A stretch of 63,935 nt of DNA, counting the filler, from Octopus bimaculoides (lineage: Eukaryota), in the NCBI RefSeq assembly GCF_001194135.2. It is 8 parts of 8 records of this genome, joined end to end, with 100 filler letters (N's around TTAATTAATTAA, not from the genome) between each part and the next. Parts side by side here need not be neighbours in the genome. Positions count along the whole stretch, not along the records: positions 25,392 to 53,849 come from NC_068992.1; positions 53,950 to 55,925 come from NW_026407379.1; positions 56,026 to 58,642 come from NW_026381844.1; positions 58,743 to 60,741 come from NC_068997.1; 4 more parts are not named here. One strand, given 5' to 3'. This document shows, one piece after another, positions 46,978-60,840 of the stretch. Below the pieces are notes generated by a model. It did not search any database and was not told where the DNA came from. It saw only the letters and a list, made by a program, of their open reading frames with translations. Both the position numbers and the translations under genes were made by a program. Within the stretch, counting starts at the first letter, position 1. Each line of letters starts with the position of its first letter.

Positions 46978-48176
46978 ATGTATGTGTATATATGAGTGTG
47001 AGTGTGCCTCTGTGTATGCTTGATATATTCGTTTTTATTGACAAATTTTCATTGTGTGTTATATATACACAAATATATATACACAAATAAATGTATGTTA
47101 TTATATACAATATATATGTGTGGTTGTATGTACGCATATAATGTATAGGCAGTTAATAATGATATTCGTTGAGGCTGTCTCGAAGATCTAAGTTCAAATA
47201 TTGCCAAGGTTAACTTTGTCTTTCATGCTGTCTGGGTACTGTGTTTGGGTCGGTTCCTTCTTTGCTTTGATGATGCCTGTTTCTATGTCATTTTCTAGCA
47301 GAAAAACGGGTATGCTCAGACGTATAGAGGGACAGGCTCCGCAGTGTCTCTTAAAAGTGGTTCGGTTAACCAGTACAACGTCACGTTGCCCTCACGATAC
47401 CATTAATAATTGAGGCCGCAGGACATGGCAATATACATATATACACATACATATATACATACACACACACACGCACGCACACACACGCACGCACACACAC
47501 ACACATACACACACACACACACACGCACACACATACTTTAGAGATTAGTGATTCTGATGAATCTTCAATATATTGAGATATCTGTAGAATTTCTAGTTTA
47601 TATTGTATTATTTTTCTCTTTGATATTGTCATATCTATTCTGGTTGCAATCGTGTTTCGCTTATATATGTATGAATGTATGTATGTATGTATGTATGTAT
47701 GTATGTATACATAAATATATATGTGTGAGTGTATGTGTGTGTGTGTGCGTATATATATATNNNNNNNNNNNNNNNNNNNNNNNNNNNNNNNNNNNNNNNN
47801 NNNNNNNNNNNNNNNNNNNNNNNNNNNNNNNNNNNNNNNNNNNNNNNNNNNNNNNNNNNNNNNNNNNNNNNNNNNNNNNNNNNNNNNNNNNNNNNNNNNN
47901 NNNNNNNNNNNNNNNNNNNNNNNNNNNNNNNNNNNNNNNNNNNNNNNNNNNNNNNNNNNNNNNNNNNNNNNNNNNNNNNNNNNNNNNNNNNNNNNNNNNN
48001 NNNNNNNNNNNNNNNNNNNNNNNNNNNNNNNNNNNNNNNNNNNNNNNNNNNNNNNNNNNNNNNNNNNNNNNNNNNNNNNNNNNNNNNNNNNNNNNNNNNN
48101 NNNNNNNNNNNNNNNNNNNNNNNNNNNNNNNNNNNNNNNNNNNNNNNNNNNNNNNNNNNNNNNNNNNNNNNNNNNN

Positions 48177-48246
<70 letters not shown>

Positions 48247-48449
48247 GTGTGTGTGTGTGTACGTGTGTATAAGATTGTTCTTCAAATTCTTTCAATAAAG
48301 ACGGGATGCTAATTAAATTTTTTTAAAAAGCCAATAATAAAACAGAAAAGGAATCCTAGATTGTTCATTGGTATTAAGTCAAAGACAACGGTGTACAATA
48401 ATATCGGCAGATTCAGAAATGTCTTTTATATGTTTTCAGCGTCTCGCAT

Positions 48450-48626
48450 AATGGCAGAGTTTCTTCCGGTTCTTCACGTTTTGAGTTCAAATCCCAGTGA
48501 GGTCAACTTTGCCTTTCATCCTTTCGAGGTCGATAAAATAAATACCAGTTGCGTACTGGTGTCGATCTAATCGACTGCCCCCCTCCTCCTCCAAACTTTG
48601 GGGCCTTGTGCCTAGAGTAGAAAAGC
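48450..48626 (+). mobile_element. tRNA-derived SINE (4445 family)
   Basis: tggcaga..gagttcaaatccc..gaggtcaactttgcctttcatcctttcgaggtcgataaa..ggccttgtgcctagagtagaaaag. Confidence 0.75.
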
Positions 48627-49798
48627 ATATGCAAGCTGTATTGATTATAAGCAGAAATTAGGGGCCTGTGATCACAGAACAGAATCTAATGTGTTTTCCT
48701 GAATGTATGCTCGCTCACTCACACACACATACACACACACACACATACACGCACGCTCACACATACACACACATACATACATACATACATACATACATAC
48801 ATACATACATACATACATACATACGTACATACATATATATGCATACATACATACACACAGACAAATAGACAGGTAGATATATATATATATATTTTTCGTT
48901 TTTTTTGTTTTTTTTTGTACCTTAATCCCCTGAGATTGCAGATAATATTTCTGAATCTCTTTGATTCTTTACATGTGCTGGCCTCCTGATAATTAATCGA
49001 TATTAATTAATATATGACTAATTACCAGATTTTATAATAATATATATATATATATATATATANNNNNNNNNNNNNNNNNNNNNNNNNNNNNNNNNNNNNN
49101 NNNNNNNNNNNNNNNNNNNNNNNNNNNNNNNNNNNNNNNNNNNNNNNNNNNNNNNNNNNNNNNNNNNNNNNNNNNNNNNNNNNNNNNNNNNNNNNNNNNN
49201 NNNNNNNNNNNNNNNNNNNNNNNNNNNNNNNNNNNNNNNNNNNNNNNNNNNNNNNNNNNNNNNNNNNNNNNNNNNNNNNNNNNNNNNNNNNNNNNNNNNN
49301 NNNNNNNNNNNNNNNNNNNNNNNNNNNNNNNNNNNNNNNNNNNNNNNNNNNNNNNNNNNNNNNNNNNNNNNNNNNNNNNNNNNNNNNNNNNNNNNNNNNN
49401 NNNNNNNNNNNNNNNNNNNNNNNNNNNNNNNNNNNNNNNNNNNNNNNNNNNNNNNNNNNNNNNNNNNNNNNNNNNNNNNNNNNNNNNNNNNNNNNNNNNN
49501 NNNNNNNNNNNNNNNNNNNNNNNNNNNNNNNNNNNNNNNNNNNNNNNNNNNNNNNNNNNNNNNNNNNNNNNNNNNNNNNNNNNNNNNNNNNNNNNNNNNN
49601 NNNNNNNNNNNNNNNNNNNNNNNNNNNNNNNNNNNNNNNNNNNNNNNNNNNNNNNNNNNNNNNNNNNNNNNNNNNNNNNNNNNNNNNNNNNNNNNNNNNN
49701 NNNNNNNNNNNNNNNNNNNNNNNNNNNNNNNNNNNNNNNNNNNNNNNNNNNNNNNNNNNNNNNNNNNNNNNNNNNNNNNNNNNNNNNNNNNNNNNNNN

Positions 49799-50127
49799 CG
49801 GGCGTTGTGAGTGTTTATTGAGCGAAAACACCCAAAGCTCCACGAAGCTCCGGCAGGGGATGGTGGCGAACCCTGCTGTACTCTTCTACCACAACTTTCT
49901 CTCACTCTTACTTCCTGTTTCTGTTGTGCCTGTAATTCAAAGGGTCAGCCTTGTCACACTGTGTCACGCTGAATATCCCCGAGAACTACATTAAGGGTAC
50001 ACGTGTCTGTGAAGTGCTCAGCCACTTGCACGTTAATTTCACGAGCAGGCTGTCCCGTTAATCGGATTAACTGGAACCCTCGACGTCGTAAGCGACGGAG
50101 TGCCAACAACAACAACAACAACAACAG
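49799..50127 (+). mobile_element. SINE body and 3' end with (CAA)n tail (family of 22516)
   Basis: gtgtttattgagcgaaaacacccaaagctccacg matches the 22516 copy; ends cgacggagtgc(caa)n. Confidence 0.7.
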
Positions 50128-50444
50128 TCGTTAAAGCTGACTTAACGCCTACAATTCACAATACAAGCTGATCGCCGCATAAGACTACGTGATCTCAGTC
50201 ATCTTTGCATACTGTTCACATTGTTCTAGTCACCAAACACAGCATGAACCCTTCAGAAGAATCAGTGGACTATCCAAGTTCTCAGCAAGACGGCACAAAT
50301 GATTGATGCGAATGCGATGTTTTCGGCGAGAAGATATAAACCCTCTCCCCACCTCCGTTCCGTCTACAATTCATTCCACTTGAAATTTTATGTTTATGCC
50401 GTGTGTGTGTGTATTTATGTATGTATGTATGTATGCATGTATCA

Positions 50445-50496
<52 letters not shown>

Positions 50497-50525
50497 CTAT
50501 CTTATCTATATATAGGGGGCATATC

Positions 50526-50563
<38 letters not shown>

Positions 50564-50799
50564 GTCTGAATGAATGTATGTGTGTGTGCATGTATGTATG
50601 CATGTCATTATTCAGTTTTATTTCAAGATTTCTTGTCAATAGAGAAAGAACCGGTTTCTAACCTAATTCCAAGGCTGCTTCATTGGAATTTCAGCAGCAT
50701 CATCAGGGTATGCATGCATGTATGCATGTGTGCAGATTTGTATGCTTTGCTTTATGTCTGTCTTCTCATGCATGTACTTGCATATCTAGACTTGTTCAT

Positions 50800-51060
50800 A
50801 TATACTTAAGGTTTTACAGATTTCTACAGTTTCAGTGATGGATTGGATCTGTAGTCTTCGAATCAGCTTTCTCCTTTCTGCTTTTGAGACGCCTAATTTC
50901 TCAAGATTGGTAGTTAGGAAGTGTGTTAAATATCCAAGGGTCCCAATAATTACAGGTATAAACCTGAACTTGTAATCTGGATAGAGTAATTGCAAGTTTC
51001 TCAATCATCCAGCGTAGGTGTTCTCTTTTTCACTGATCTTCAGCTTTATGTTGACATTCG
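50800..51060 (-). mobile_element. RLE-clade LINE C-terminal fragment
   Basis: ISEKENTYAG*LRNLQLLYPDYKFRFIPVIIGTLGY..RRLQIQSITETVEICKT resembles the end of a restriction-like endonuclease domain. Confidence 0.65.
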
Positions 51061-51547
51061 TATGTATGTATGTATGTATGTATGTATGTATGTATGTATG
51101 TATGTATGTATGTTCTTCATGAGATATTCATCTGTACTATAGAGACAACAAATCAAACCACATAAGAACAGGTCTCGCGACTTCATTTTCTCTAGACAGA
51201 AATGGTAACAGTGAGCTAATTATCGCCAAAACGATGCCAGGCATTTCTAATGTTGGGACGGAAGGCAGCTAAAAGTCTAAGAACTCGCACCAACTGAGCT
51301 GCTGGACTAAAAACTGTAGTTGCTACAACTAGGAGGGCATACAATCTGTTTGTAAAAATATTGCCAAATTACTTATAAGGACATACATGGATATTTTATA
51401 CAAAATACTAATCCTGAAGTTATTTGAGGAAAATTCTCAGTGAAGATGAACCTAATGGTTATGATTCTCCAAAAATGAGCATAATCAAAGAACTGAAAGC
51501 CACAGATCTCAGTATGGGCCACCGATTGTACCTCCTAAAAATTAAAA

Positions 51548-52165
51548 TCGTCTCTGGCTGCCCAGTCCTGGCTAAGAAGGAATATATTCACAGACACGAC
51601 AGAGTTGGGATTTATATACACTGGAAGCTATGTCAACGCTATGGAATAACAACAGAAAAATGATGGTATAGACACATGCTAGAAAAGGTCGCAGAAAATG
51701 AGATAGCAATCATACTATGGGATATGGCAATACACACAGAGAAATTAAGGCAAATAAGCCAGATATAGCTGTCAGAGATAATCAAGAAAAAAACATGCTT
51801 TCTAATCGATGTATCAATGCCAACAGATGACAACGTTTCTCTAAAAGAAATGGAGAAACTTTCAAAATACAAAGATCGGGAAATAGAAGTAACTCGAATG
51901 TGGAGTCAAAAAGCAGAAACAATTCCTATCATAGTAGGTGCCTTAGGTATAATAAAAAAATATTCAGACAAATACATAAAACACCAGGACTTACACATTT
52001 ATATAACATACAGAAAATAGCACTACTAGGTACCGCACACATCCCACGTAAAATACTTTCAATACAGTAACAATAAGAGCACCACAATAAACCACAGCAC
52101 ATACCGAAGGCACTACCGAGCTGCACTCGGCAGTGCAGTGAAAGCACATGATAAAAATAAGACTA

Positions 52166-52196
<31 letters not shown>
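51548..52196 (+). mobile_element. R4/Dong-like LINE 3' end (zinc knuckle remnant, RLE, 3' UTR, (TAA)n)
   Basis: SGCPVLAKKEYIHRHDRVG..IHWKLC, NKPDIAVRD..CFLIDVSMP..EKLSKYKD..IPIIVGALG, ending in (aat)n. Confidence 0.9.
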
Positions 52197-52329
52197 NNNN
52201 NNNNNNNNNNNNNNNNNNNNNNNNNNNNNNNNNNNNNNNNNNNNNNNNNNNNNNNNNNNNNNNNNNNNNNNNNNNNNNNNNNNNNNNNNNNNNNNNNNNN
52301 NNNNNNNNNNNNNNNNNNNNNNNNNNNNN

Positions 52330-52441
52330 AGAAGAAGAAGAAGAAGAAGAAGAAGAAGAAGAAGAAGAAGAAGAAGAAGAAGAAGAAGAAGAAGAAGAAG
52401 AAGAAGAAGAAGAAGAAGAAGAAGAAGAAGAAGAAGAAGAA
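52330..52441. repeat. (GAA)n microsatellite
   Basis: Direct reading; source of the poly-E and poly-S pseudo-ORFs. Confidence 0.97.
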
Positions 52442-53159
52442 TGATAATTTTGGTGCAAGGCCAGCAAAATCAGTGGGTGGAAGTTGATTATATCGACTCC
52501 ACTGTTTGACTAGTTACTTATTTTATCGACCCCGAAAGAACAAAATGCAAAGTCGACCTCGGTGACATTTGAACTCAAAACGTAAAGCCGGAACAAATGT
52601 CGGTAACGAGTCTCCGAGCTTGTTGCATTATAGTTCTTCCTAATTTTCGCACAAGGCTAGTAATTTTGAGATGACAGGTCGTAGTCGAAATCATCGATCT
52701 CAGTACTTAACTGTTGCTGTATTTTATCAACCGCGGGGGAAAGAAAGGTAAAGTTGGCCTCAACGGAATTTGAAACTCAGAATCTAAAAAATAAAAGAAA
52801 AGAAAAACAAAAAAAACAAACACCGTTAAAATAGTTTTCCGACACTGAAACGAAACTGCCAACCAATCCGCCACCCTAAGGATGATAATAATATGATGAA
52901 GGTCTCTCCTGTCGTAGACGATGTATGAGTGTTTAGCTTTTTTGCCGAATGCCCTGCACAAGCGATTCGTTTCTAGTGATCAAATGTGTGTGCCGTACAT
53001 TAGTTCACTTCTTCCATCAAATCAACGTTACCTGAACAGGTGCACCGTTTAAATCAGGAATCGAAGTGATCACATAGCAACGTGAGATGAAGTGGTTTGC
53101 TCAAGAACACAACACTCACCCGATCTGGGAGGCCATGCATCCTAATAATAATAATAATG

Positions 53160-53209
<50 letters not shown>

Positions 53210-53461
53210 ATTAATAATAATAACAACAACAATAATAGTCTTCAATTCGATATCACATTGTATATTTAGAGTCATATTTATTTAGAGTCATATTCAATAA
53301 ATTTGGGTTTTGTTTTTCATATATATATATATTTGTTGTAATTTTCTTTGTAAATTGAAATTGTTTATTAGTTTGTCATTCCGTCGTGTTTTTGGGGGGC
53401 GTTTAGGTCCTGCTTTGATGGTCTCCATTTCATTTCAAACGTAATCTCTTCTCCCTGAGCT

Positions 53462-53578
53462 TCAGCAGTAAACGTCGCCCCAATGACATGGGATCTGATC
53501 GTCGGCATCTGCAGGAAGGGCGTCTCGGCTGTCACGCAACAGTCGGTTCATTAAGTCCCTTTTGCGTGTAATCATGAA
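53462..53578 (-). CDS. Host gene 2, putative terminal coding exon
   Basis: Very strong acceptor ttttttttttcttttatttatttctacag|, phase-0 frame FMITRKRDLMNRLLRDSRDALPADADDQIPCHWGDVYC-stop; the other frames close early; GC is above the flanks. Confidence 0.6.
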   Translation of the reverse strand, partial: FMITRKRDLMNRLLRDSRDALPADADDQIPCHWGDVYC

Positions 53579-53949
53579 CTGTAGAAATAAATAAAAGAAA
53601 AAAAAAGAGAGCAACTTAGTAAAATTGGAATGAAACACAGAGAAAGGAATTCTTACAACGTAAACAACAAAATTTTCGCTGGTAAAAACAAAAGTTCTGA
53701 AATAAATGGAGAAATTCAAAAGACCGTCTGTCATATTTACAGATGTAAGTTTGTGTTTCATGTGCAGCTTTCGACTTTTTCCATCCAAACGTTTGTGAAT
53801 ATACAAATATGAATGTTGATTACGTTGTTTTATGTAGTAGGTATGTTTANNNNNNNNNNNNNNNNNNNNNNNNNNNNNNNNNNNNNNNNNNNNTTAATTA
53901 ATTAANNNNNNNNNNNNNNNNNNNNNNNNNNNNNNNNNNNNNNNNNNNN

Positions 53950-54000
<51 letters not shown>

Positions 54001-54307
54001 CATACATATATATATATACATATACATACATACATATATATATATAGTGAGAGAGAGAGGGATAAGAGAGTGTGAGTGGGTGGGAGATAGAGACGGAGAG
54101 AGAGAAAGAGAGACAGACAGACCCAGATCGTGAGCATTTGAGAGTAGGAAACGAAACAAAGGTGCCGGAGAAGGTGAGAGACAGGGAGGAAAATACCTAT
54201 AAAAAACTAGGCTGATTCAGTTCATTCAGTAAGTGGAATCTAAATGCTAAATGTAATACTGTCCTTTATGTTGGTATCTTTTTGTTGTCCTTTCTTTAAT
54301 CACTCAC

Positions 54308-54419
54308 ATTTTCTTCATTTGCTGATGTTTGTGGCAATATAACTTAATGCATTTTCCCGCCTCTAGTAACATATCGGCGTGAACAGCGGAATCAATTTGA
54401 TGATATAAAAAAGATGCAG
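54308..54419 (-). CDS. Host gene 2, possible internal exon (112 nt)
   Basis: Acceptor tttttttacctcttatag|, donor AAT|gtgagt; the only open frame is ASFLYHQIDSAVHADMLLEAGKCIKLYCHKHQQMKK (phase 1 in, phase 2 out). Confidence 0.45.
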
Positions 54420-54858
54420 CTATAAGAGGTAAAAAAACCATCTATCGATTCTAGCAGCGAGTGAAAATGTATTGAAGAGGATAAATTAAGGCAAAAACAC
54501 AACAAACAAAAAGCAAACTAAAATAGAACGAACAATAAAAAGAAGTTTTGATAACAAAAGAAAGAAAAAGCCTTAGCAATAGAGATATTTGATTTGCAAC
54601 GTTATATTCTTTTAAGTACATTTATTCGAATTTCGTAGCTTTAAATGCACAATTAAAATTACCAACAGTTAGAATGGTAAATATCAGGTGATAGTTTCAG
54701 TGTACAAACCGTGTTGCTATTTTCTCTATATTTTAAGTTTTGCAACGTAAATAGTTTGCTATTTTAAACAATTATACATGTATGTATGTCCGTATATGAC
54801 TTTCTCTCCCTCTCACTCTCTCACTCTCACACTCTCTCCCTCTCTCTCTCTCTCTCTG

Positions 54859-54915
<57 letters not shown>

Positions 54916-55449
54916 NNNNNNNNNNNNNNNNNNNNNNNNNNNNNNNNNNNNNNNNNNNNNNNNNNNNNNNNNNNNNNNNNNNNNNNNNNNNNNNNNNNNN
55001 NNNNNNNNNNNNNNNNNNNNNNNNNNNNNNNNNNNNNNNNNNNNNNNNNNNNNNNNNNNNNNNNNNNNNNNNNNNNNNNNNNNNNNNNNNNNNNNNNNNN
55101 NNNNNNNNNNNNNNNNNNNNNNNNNNNNNNNNNNNNNNNNNNNNNNNNNNNNNNNNNNNNNNNNNNNNNNNNNNNNNNNNNNNNNNNNNNNNNNNNNNNN
55201 NNNNNNNNNNNNNNNNNNNNNNNNNNNNNNNNNNNNNNNNNNNNNNNNNNNNNNNNNNNNNNNNNNNNNNNNNNNNNNNNNNNNNNNNNNNNNNNNNNNN
55301 NNNNNNNNNNNNNNNNNNNNNNNNNNNNNNNNNNNNNNNNNNNNNNNNNNNNNNNNNNNNNNNNNNNNNNNNNNNNNNNNNNNNNNNNNNNNNNNNNNNN
55401 NNNNNNNNNNNNNNNNNNNNNNNNNNNNNNNNNNNNNNNNNNNNNNNNN

Positions 55450-55481
<32 letters not shown>

Positions 55482-55691
55482 GTTGAAATTTACTGAAAAA
55501 CAAAAGACTAAGACAGGTGTATGAGCAACAAGCATATGTGTTAGTTTGACGCTCGTGCAAGTGAGAAGGTCTTGTCTGATTCAAGCCTATGCTCTTCAAC
55601 AGAAAGGAATAAGAACAAATAAGAGAATAAAAAACGTTTGGATTTAGTGATCAACCTATTCACACACACACACGCACAAACACGCACACGC

Positions 55692-55722
<31 letters not shown>

Positions 55723-55742
55723 TACTCTCTAGCCTTTTACTC

Positions 55743-55925
55743 TTTTAATTGTTTTAGTCATTTGACTGCGGCCATGCTGGAGCACAGCATTTAGTTGAGC
55801 AAATCGACCCCAGGACTTTTTCTTTGGCAGCCTAGTACTTATTCTATCGTTCTCTTTTTCAGAATCTCTTTTACAGAATCGCTAAGTTACGGGGACGTAA
55901 ACACACCAGCATTGGTTGTCAAGCG
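55743..55925 (-). mobile_element. SINE 3' half
   Basis: gtcatttgactgcggccatgctggagc..aaatcgaccccaggac..gctaagttacggggacgtaaacacaccagc. Confidence 0.8.
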
Positions 55926-56025
55926 NNNNNNNNNNNNNNNNNNNNNNNNNNNNNNNNNNNNNNNNNNNNTTAATTAATTAANNNNNNNNNNNNNNNNNNN
56001 NNNNNNNNNNNNNNNNNNNNNNNNN

Positions 56026-56090
56026 TTTGCTAGGTTGACTCTAAGGCCCTTCGATTCTAGTCCTTGCTTCCACAGTACAATGTATGAATA
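56026..56090 (-). mobile_element. RTE RT fragment (same family as 18800)
   Basis: WKQGLESKGLRVNLAK; nucleotide match to 18920-18970. Confidence 0.75.
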
Positions 56091-57359
56091 CCATATCTAT
56101 CCATATTCTGTAAGACATTGTCACTTTCACTTATAGTTAACCAACATTTTTGTTTTATATTCATCACCAAATGCATATTTAAAAAAAAAAACAGTCAGCC
56201 ACATTGAGTTATATTAGCAATTTCCTTCTCTATTTAAAACTTGAGTTAGTTTCCTATATTTAGTACCTTTTTATTAGCCCTCTACAAAGATGTTTATCTA
56301 TATTGTGTATATGCCTATTAACCAAAAGTCTGAATGTTTCCATAACACTCACATAAGATTCTATCCAAACTGCTTGAGTTAAGTTTTTGTTGTTTAATCA
56401 CATGGTCCCAAAAGGTTACACTTGTTAAACTGACATCCTTTCCAACTGCACCTTTCATTTAATATGCCATTTTAAAATCTTACTCAATATCTTACTCAAT
56501 ACTGCTTTACTCTACAATTCTGGGGATGAATATTTTTTCCTATTACTACTAAGATTGGTGTTAGGTGTCTAAAGTTAATGTTAACCGATCTCAAATCTTA
56601 TTTTGTTCTATGTCAACAAGGCCTTATTCCTCTGATAATAGAAACAGAATTCATGCTTAAGGATGACAAAAAAAAGTAAAGAATTCACTAAGTAATATTT
56701 TAAGATCAAATATAAAGGAAATTAGTCTCAAAGACAAAACAAACATTAGCATATCACAATCATCATTATCATTACCATCATTTAATGTCCATGTACCATG
56801 CTAGCAAGAGTTGGATGATTTGACAAGATTTGATGGGTTCAAGGACTGTGTGNNNNNNNNNNCTCCAAGGAAATTAATATAATTAACAAACTCTTCTGAG
56901 AAATATTTTCATTTAATCATCTCAATAGCAGTAAATTTTTATCAGAAAATTTTAAAACAAATAGACATTCAGTGAACTGTTTCTTACAAGTAAGTTATTG
57001 AACAACTCAAAATAGTTTATCAAATTAGTTTTCAGAGTTTAGAATTTTCAAAGCAATCATAAAGCCATGATTTTAAATTTACCTTCAAACACTTCCTTCA
57101 AATTAATTTTCTCAACTCTAAGGTCACTATTATTTTTGCACAATAATTAAAACTCTTAAACTGCCCTTACTACTTTACAAATTTCATTATATCTCTGTAT
57201 CTCAAGGTGGTGCCTCAGCATGGCCACAGTCCAGTGACTGAAATAATCAAAAGATAATATCAATCAGTGTAGGTGTTTTAAATGTCATAACATGCTCCTA
57301 GTTTTAAAAAGATGTAATGTTATAATCAATTTAAATATATGAATGACTATATCAGAAAA

Positions 57360-58330
57360 TTTCTTTTTTCTCTGTCTTAGTTCCCTCCACCCTCTGAGGG
57401 ACATTTTGGCAATGAATTGTCTCTATTTAGTCCTGTCAGCTGCTGCTCTTCTTGCATTACTTCATGTAACTACAATCTCCTGTAAGTCTTACATGAAATT
57501 TTCCACCATGTCTTCTGTTGCTTTCCTTTNNNNNNNNNNNNNNNNNNNNNNNNNNNNNNNNNNNNNNNNNNNNNNNNNNNNNNNNNNNNNNNNNNNNNNN
57601 NNNNNNNNNNNNNNNNNNGCTTTTCTCCACCACCCAGCTCATGGTAATGTAGACTGGTCTATGTTTCAGCAGATACAAAATGTGCTCTGCAAATCTTTTA
57701 CTTTTGATGATTTCACATAATCCCTCTACTGATATCAAGAGTTACACCATTGCTTCCTCTAACATTTATACAGCCANNNNNNNNNNNNNNNNNNNNNNNN
57801 NNNNNNNNNNNNNNNNNNNNNNNNNNNNNNNNNNNNNNNNNNNNNNNNNNNNNNNNNNNNNNNNNNNNNNNNNNNNNNNNNNNNNNNNNNNNNNNNNNNN
57901 NNNNNNNNNNNNNNNNNNNNNNNNNNNNNNNNNNNNNNNNNNNNNNNNNNNNNNNNNNNNNNNNNNNNNNNNNNNNNNNNGAAGCATCCCAGTATGGTCC
58001 AGATGTATCACCTATAAAAATCATCCAGCTTGCTGCATATGCTGATTATACTTATGTGTGTCTCATGTGCATATATCACTGTTGGAATTTTGATGGTCCT
58101 GTAGAGAGGAAATTTGACAACATTGCTGATAGATTGCTTGTTCCACCCATGATCAAGTCATTAGAAGACTTCTGCAGTCTAGTTAAACCTTGTTTTTCCA
58201 TCTACTTCTGCATCACAATCATTGGAAATGATACTTCCAAGATATGAAAAGTTGGCCAATTGCAATGAGTATGTCTGGGAGATCACCAATAGACATGTTT
58301 CACAATTGATGCATTGGTCATGTTTTTTTT
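57360..58330 (-). mobile_element. Decayed RTE-like LINE 3' portion
   Basis: NFSYLGSIISNDCDAEVD..VKFPLYRTIKIPTVIYAHET..KLDDFYR and, downstream, SNARRAAADRTK*RQFIAK. Confidence 0.7.
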
Positions 58331-58742
58331 TAATTTACTTATCATCTCATGTTTCTCATTCGGGGTGTCACTCACTAGTTTTCTAAAGCTATAATAAAAA
58401 CTGACTGGTATCCAATTTATTTAATCTGTACAGAAGAAATGTACGAAGAGTATTCTATGTTTATTTAAAATTATCTGAAAGCAACTTAGAATAACCTTGA
58501 AAGAAATTAAAATACTCTTGAAGCAAATTAAATAGTTGGTTTATTTAACTGTTTAGCAATTAAACTGGCTATATCCAGTCAAAATATTCCATCTGTTTTA
58601 TGTTCAAACTGACCAGATCCAAGTTCCCACACCTACCCTACANNNNNNNNNNNNNNNNNNNNNNNNNNNNNNNNNNNNNNNNNNNNTTAATTAATTAANN
58701 NNNNNNNNNNNNNNNNNNNNNNNNNNNNNNNNNNNNNNNNNN

Positions 58743-58798
<56 letters not shown>

Positions 58799-59699
58799 GA
58801 TATATGTGAAAATACATATATATATATACTCACATATCCATTATATATAAGCATAGATATGCATTCAAATGTAGATGTATATTTGTATATATATATGTGT
58901 ATATATATACATATATGTGTGTACGTGTGTATACATATATAAATAGATATATACACACATTATGTACAAATGTATTAACTTAAACCTATGTATGTAAATA
59001 TATACATATGAAGATATATATGTGCATATATATACTATATATCTATATTATACACATATATACTTATGTATCCGTCAACACACACAAACACATACACACA
59101 ATACATAAATCCGTAAACATACATAATATATAGACATTGTACATATATTATATATATTATAGCATATATGTATATCTATACTTACACACATATATATAAG
59201 TATATATATATATGTATATATATGCATATATATATATATGTATATATATGCATATATATATACATATATATATATGTAAATATTGTGTATATATATNNNN
59301 NNNNNNNNNNNNNNNNNNNNNNNNNNNNNNNNNNNNNNNNNNNNNNNNNNNNNNNNNNNNNNNNNNNTATTCTATATTATATTCTATATTATATACATAC
59401 ATATACATACACATATACATATATACACACACACAGGCACACTGTTACCGATTCTCCTTTACAATACAATATAATATAGAATAGAATTCCACAGATCTGA
59501 TTTCCTAATATTTTTTCTTTTTATATTTTATCATTAATATTTTACGCATTATTTTGTCTCTGTATTCTTCATACCAATTTTTTAAGTAACTACCAATCTT
59601 GTTTCTAAACCTGGCCAATCATATCGTCTTTTATTTACTGATTTTTACGCCTTGCATTTCTTCGCAATATTTTTTTTTATTGCAGCTTATTTAACTTGT

Positions 59700-59904
59700 G
59701 TATTTATTTATGTTAGCATCATCACTACCACCATGGCCACCCCCACCTACCATCTGTTTAACTACAATCATAGCCGCCACAAACACACCACCACCATCAT
59801 CATCATATTCATCATAATCATTTACATCAACGTTGCTAGCACCGCCGTCACCACCACCACCCACCTCACCACCATCACCATAACTATCATCATCGTCGTC
59901 GTCG

Positions 59905-59972
<68 letters not shown>

Positions 59973-60052
59973 TCCATCATCATTATTATCATCATCCCTT
60001 AAGTACCGCCATTATCATCATCACCATCACCACGCCACCCCCACTACTGCTG

Positions 60053-60110
<58 letters not shown>

Positions 60111-60741
60111 AAACCGACCATAGTTACAACTATTATCATGAACACTAGCGCCACCACTCTCACCACCAGCGATAGTAATTTCCCTACCAGCAGCACCACC
60201 ACCACACCCTATACCAATACCATCACCATGGTCATCGCCACAACCATCGCTAACACTTCAATGATATCGCATACCATCACACTAGCACCACAGCCATTAA
60301 CACCACACCACACCACTGTCCCCAGAGAACTGCTACCATCATCACCACCAAGACCATCACCGCCACGAACATCACTCCCCCCACTGCCACTGTCACAATC
60401 GCTAATATAAACACCATCATCATCATCATCATCATCATCATCAGTTTCACAACAATCACAACTGCCACCTGCACCACAAACACAGCAACCACTACTACAA
60501 CAAACGCGAACACCATCATCTTCATCATCACCACCATCAGCAACATCAACACCATCAACAACGTTATAACACCCTCATCTTCACCACCGCTACCTCCACC
60601 CTATTGTCACCGCCGTCGCCATACACCGCCACCACCACCACCACCACCGCCACCATGACCATTACCACCATCATCATCATCACTATTATCACTATCACTA
60701 GCATCACCAACGTCAACATTATCAGCAACTTTATCACCACC
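59700..60741. repeat. (CAT/CAC/TAC)n low-complexity region
   Basis: Direct reading. Confidence 0.9.
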
Positions 60742-60840
60742 NNNNNNNNNNNNNNNNNNNNNNNNNNNNNNNNNNNNNNNNNNNNTTAATTAATTAANNN
60801 NNNNNNNNNNNNNNNNNNNNNNNNNNNNNNNNNNNNNNNN

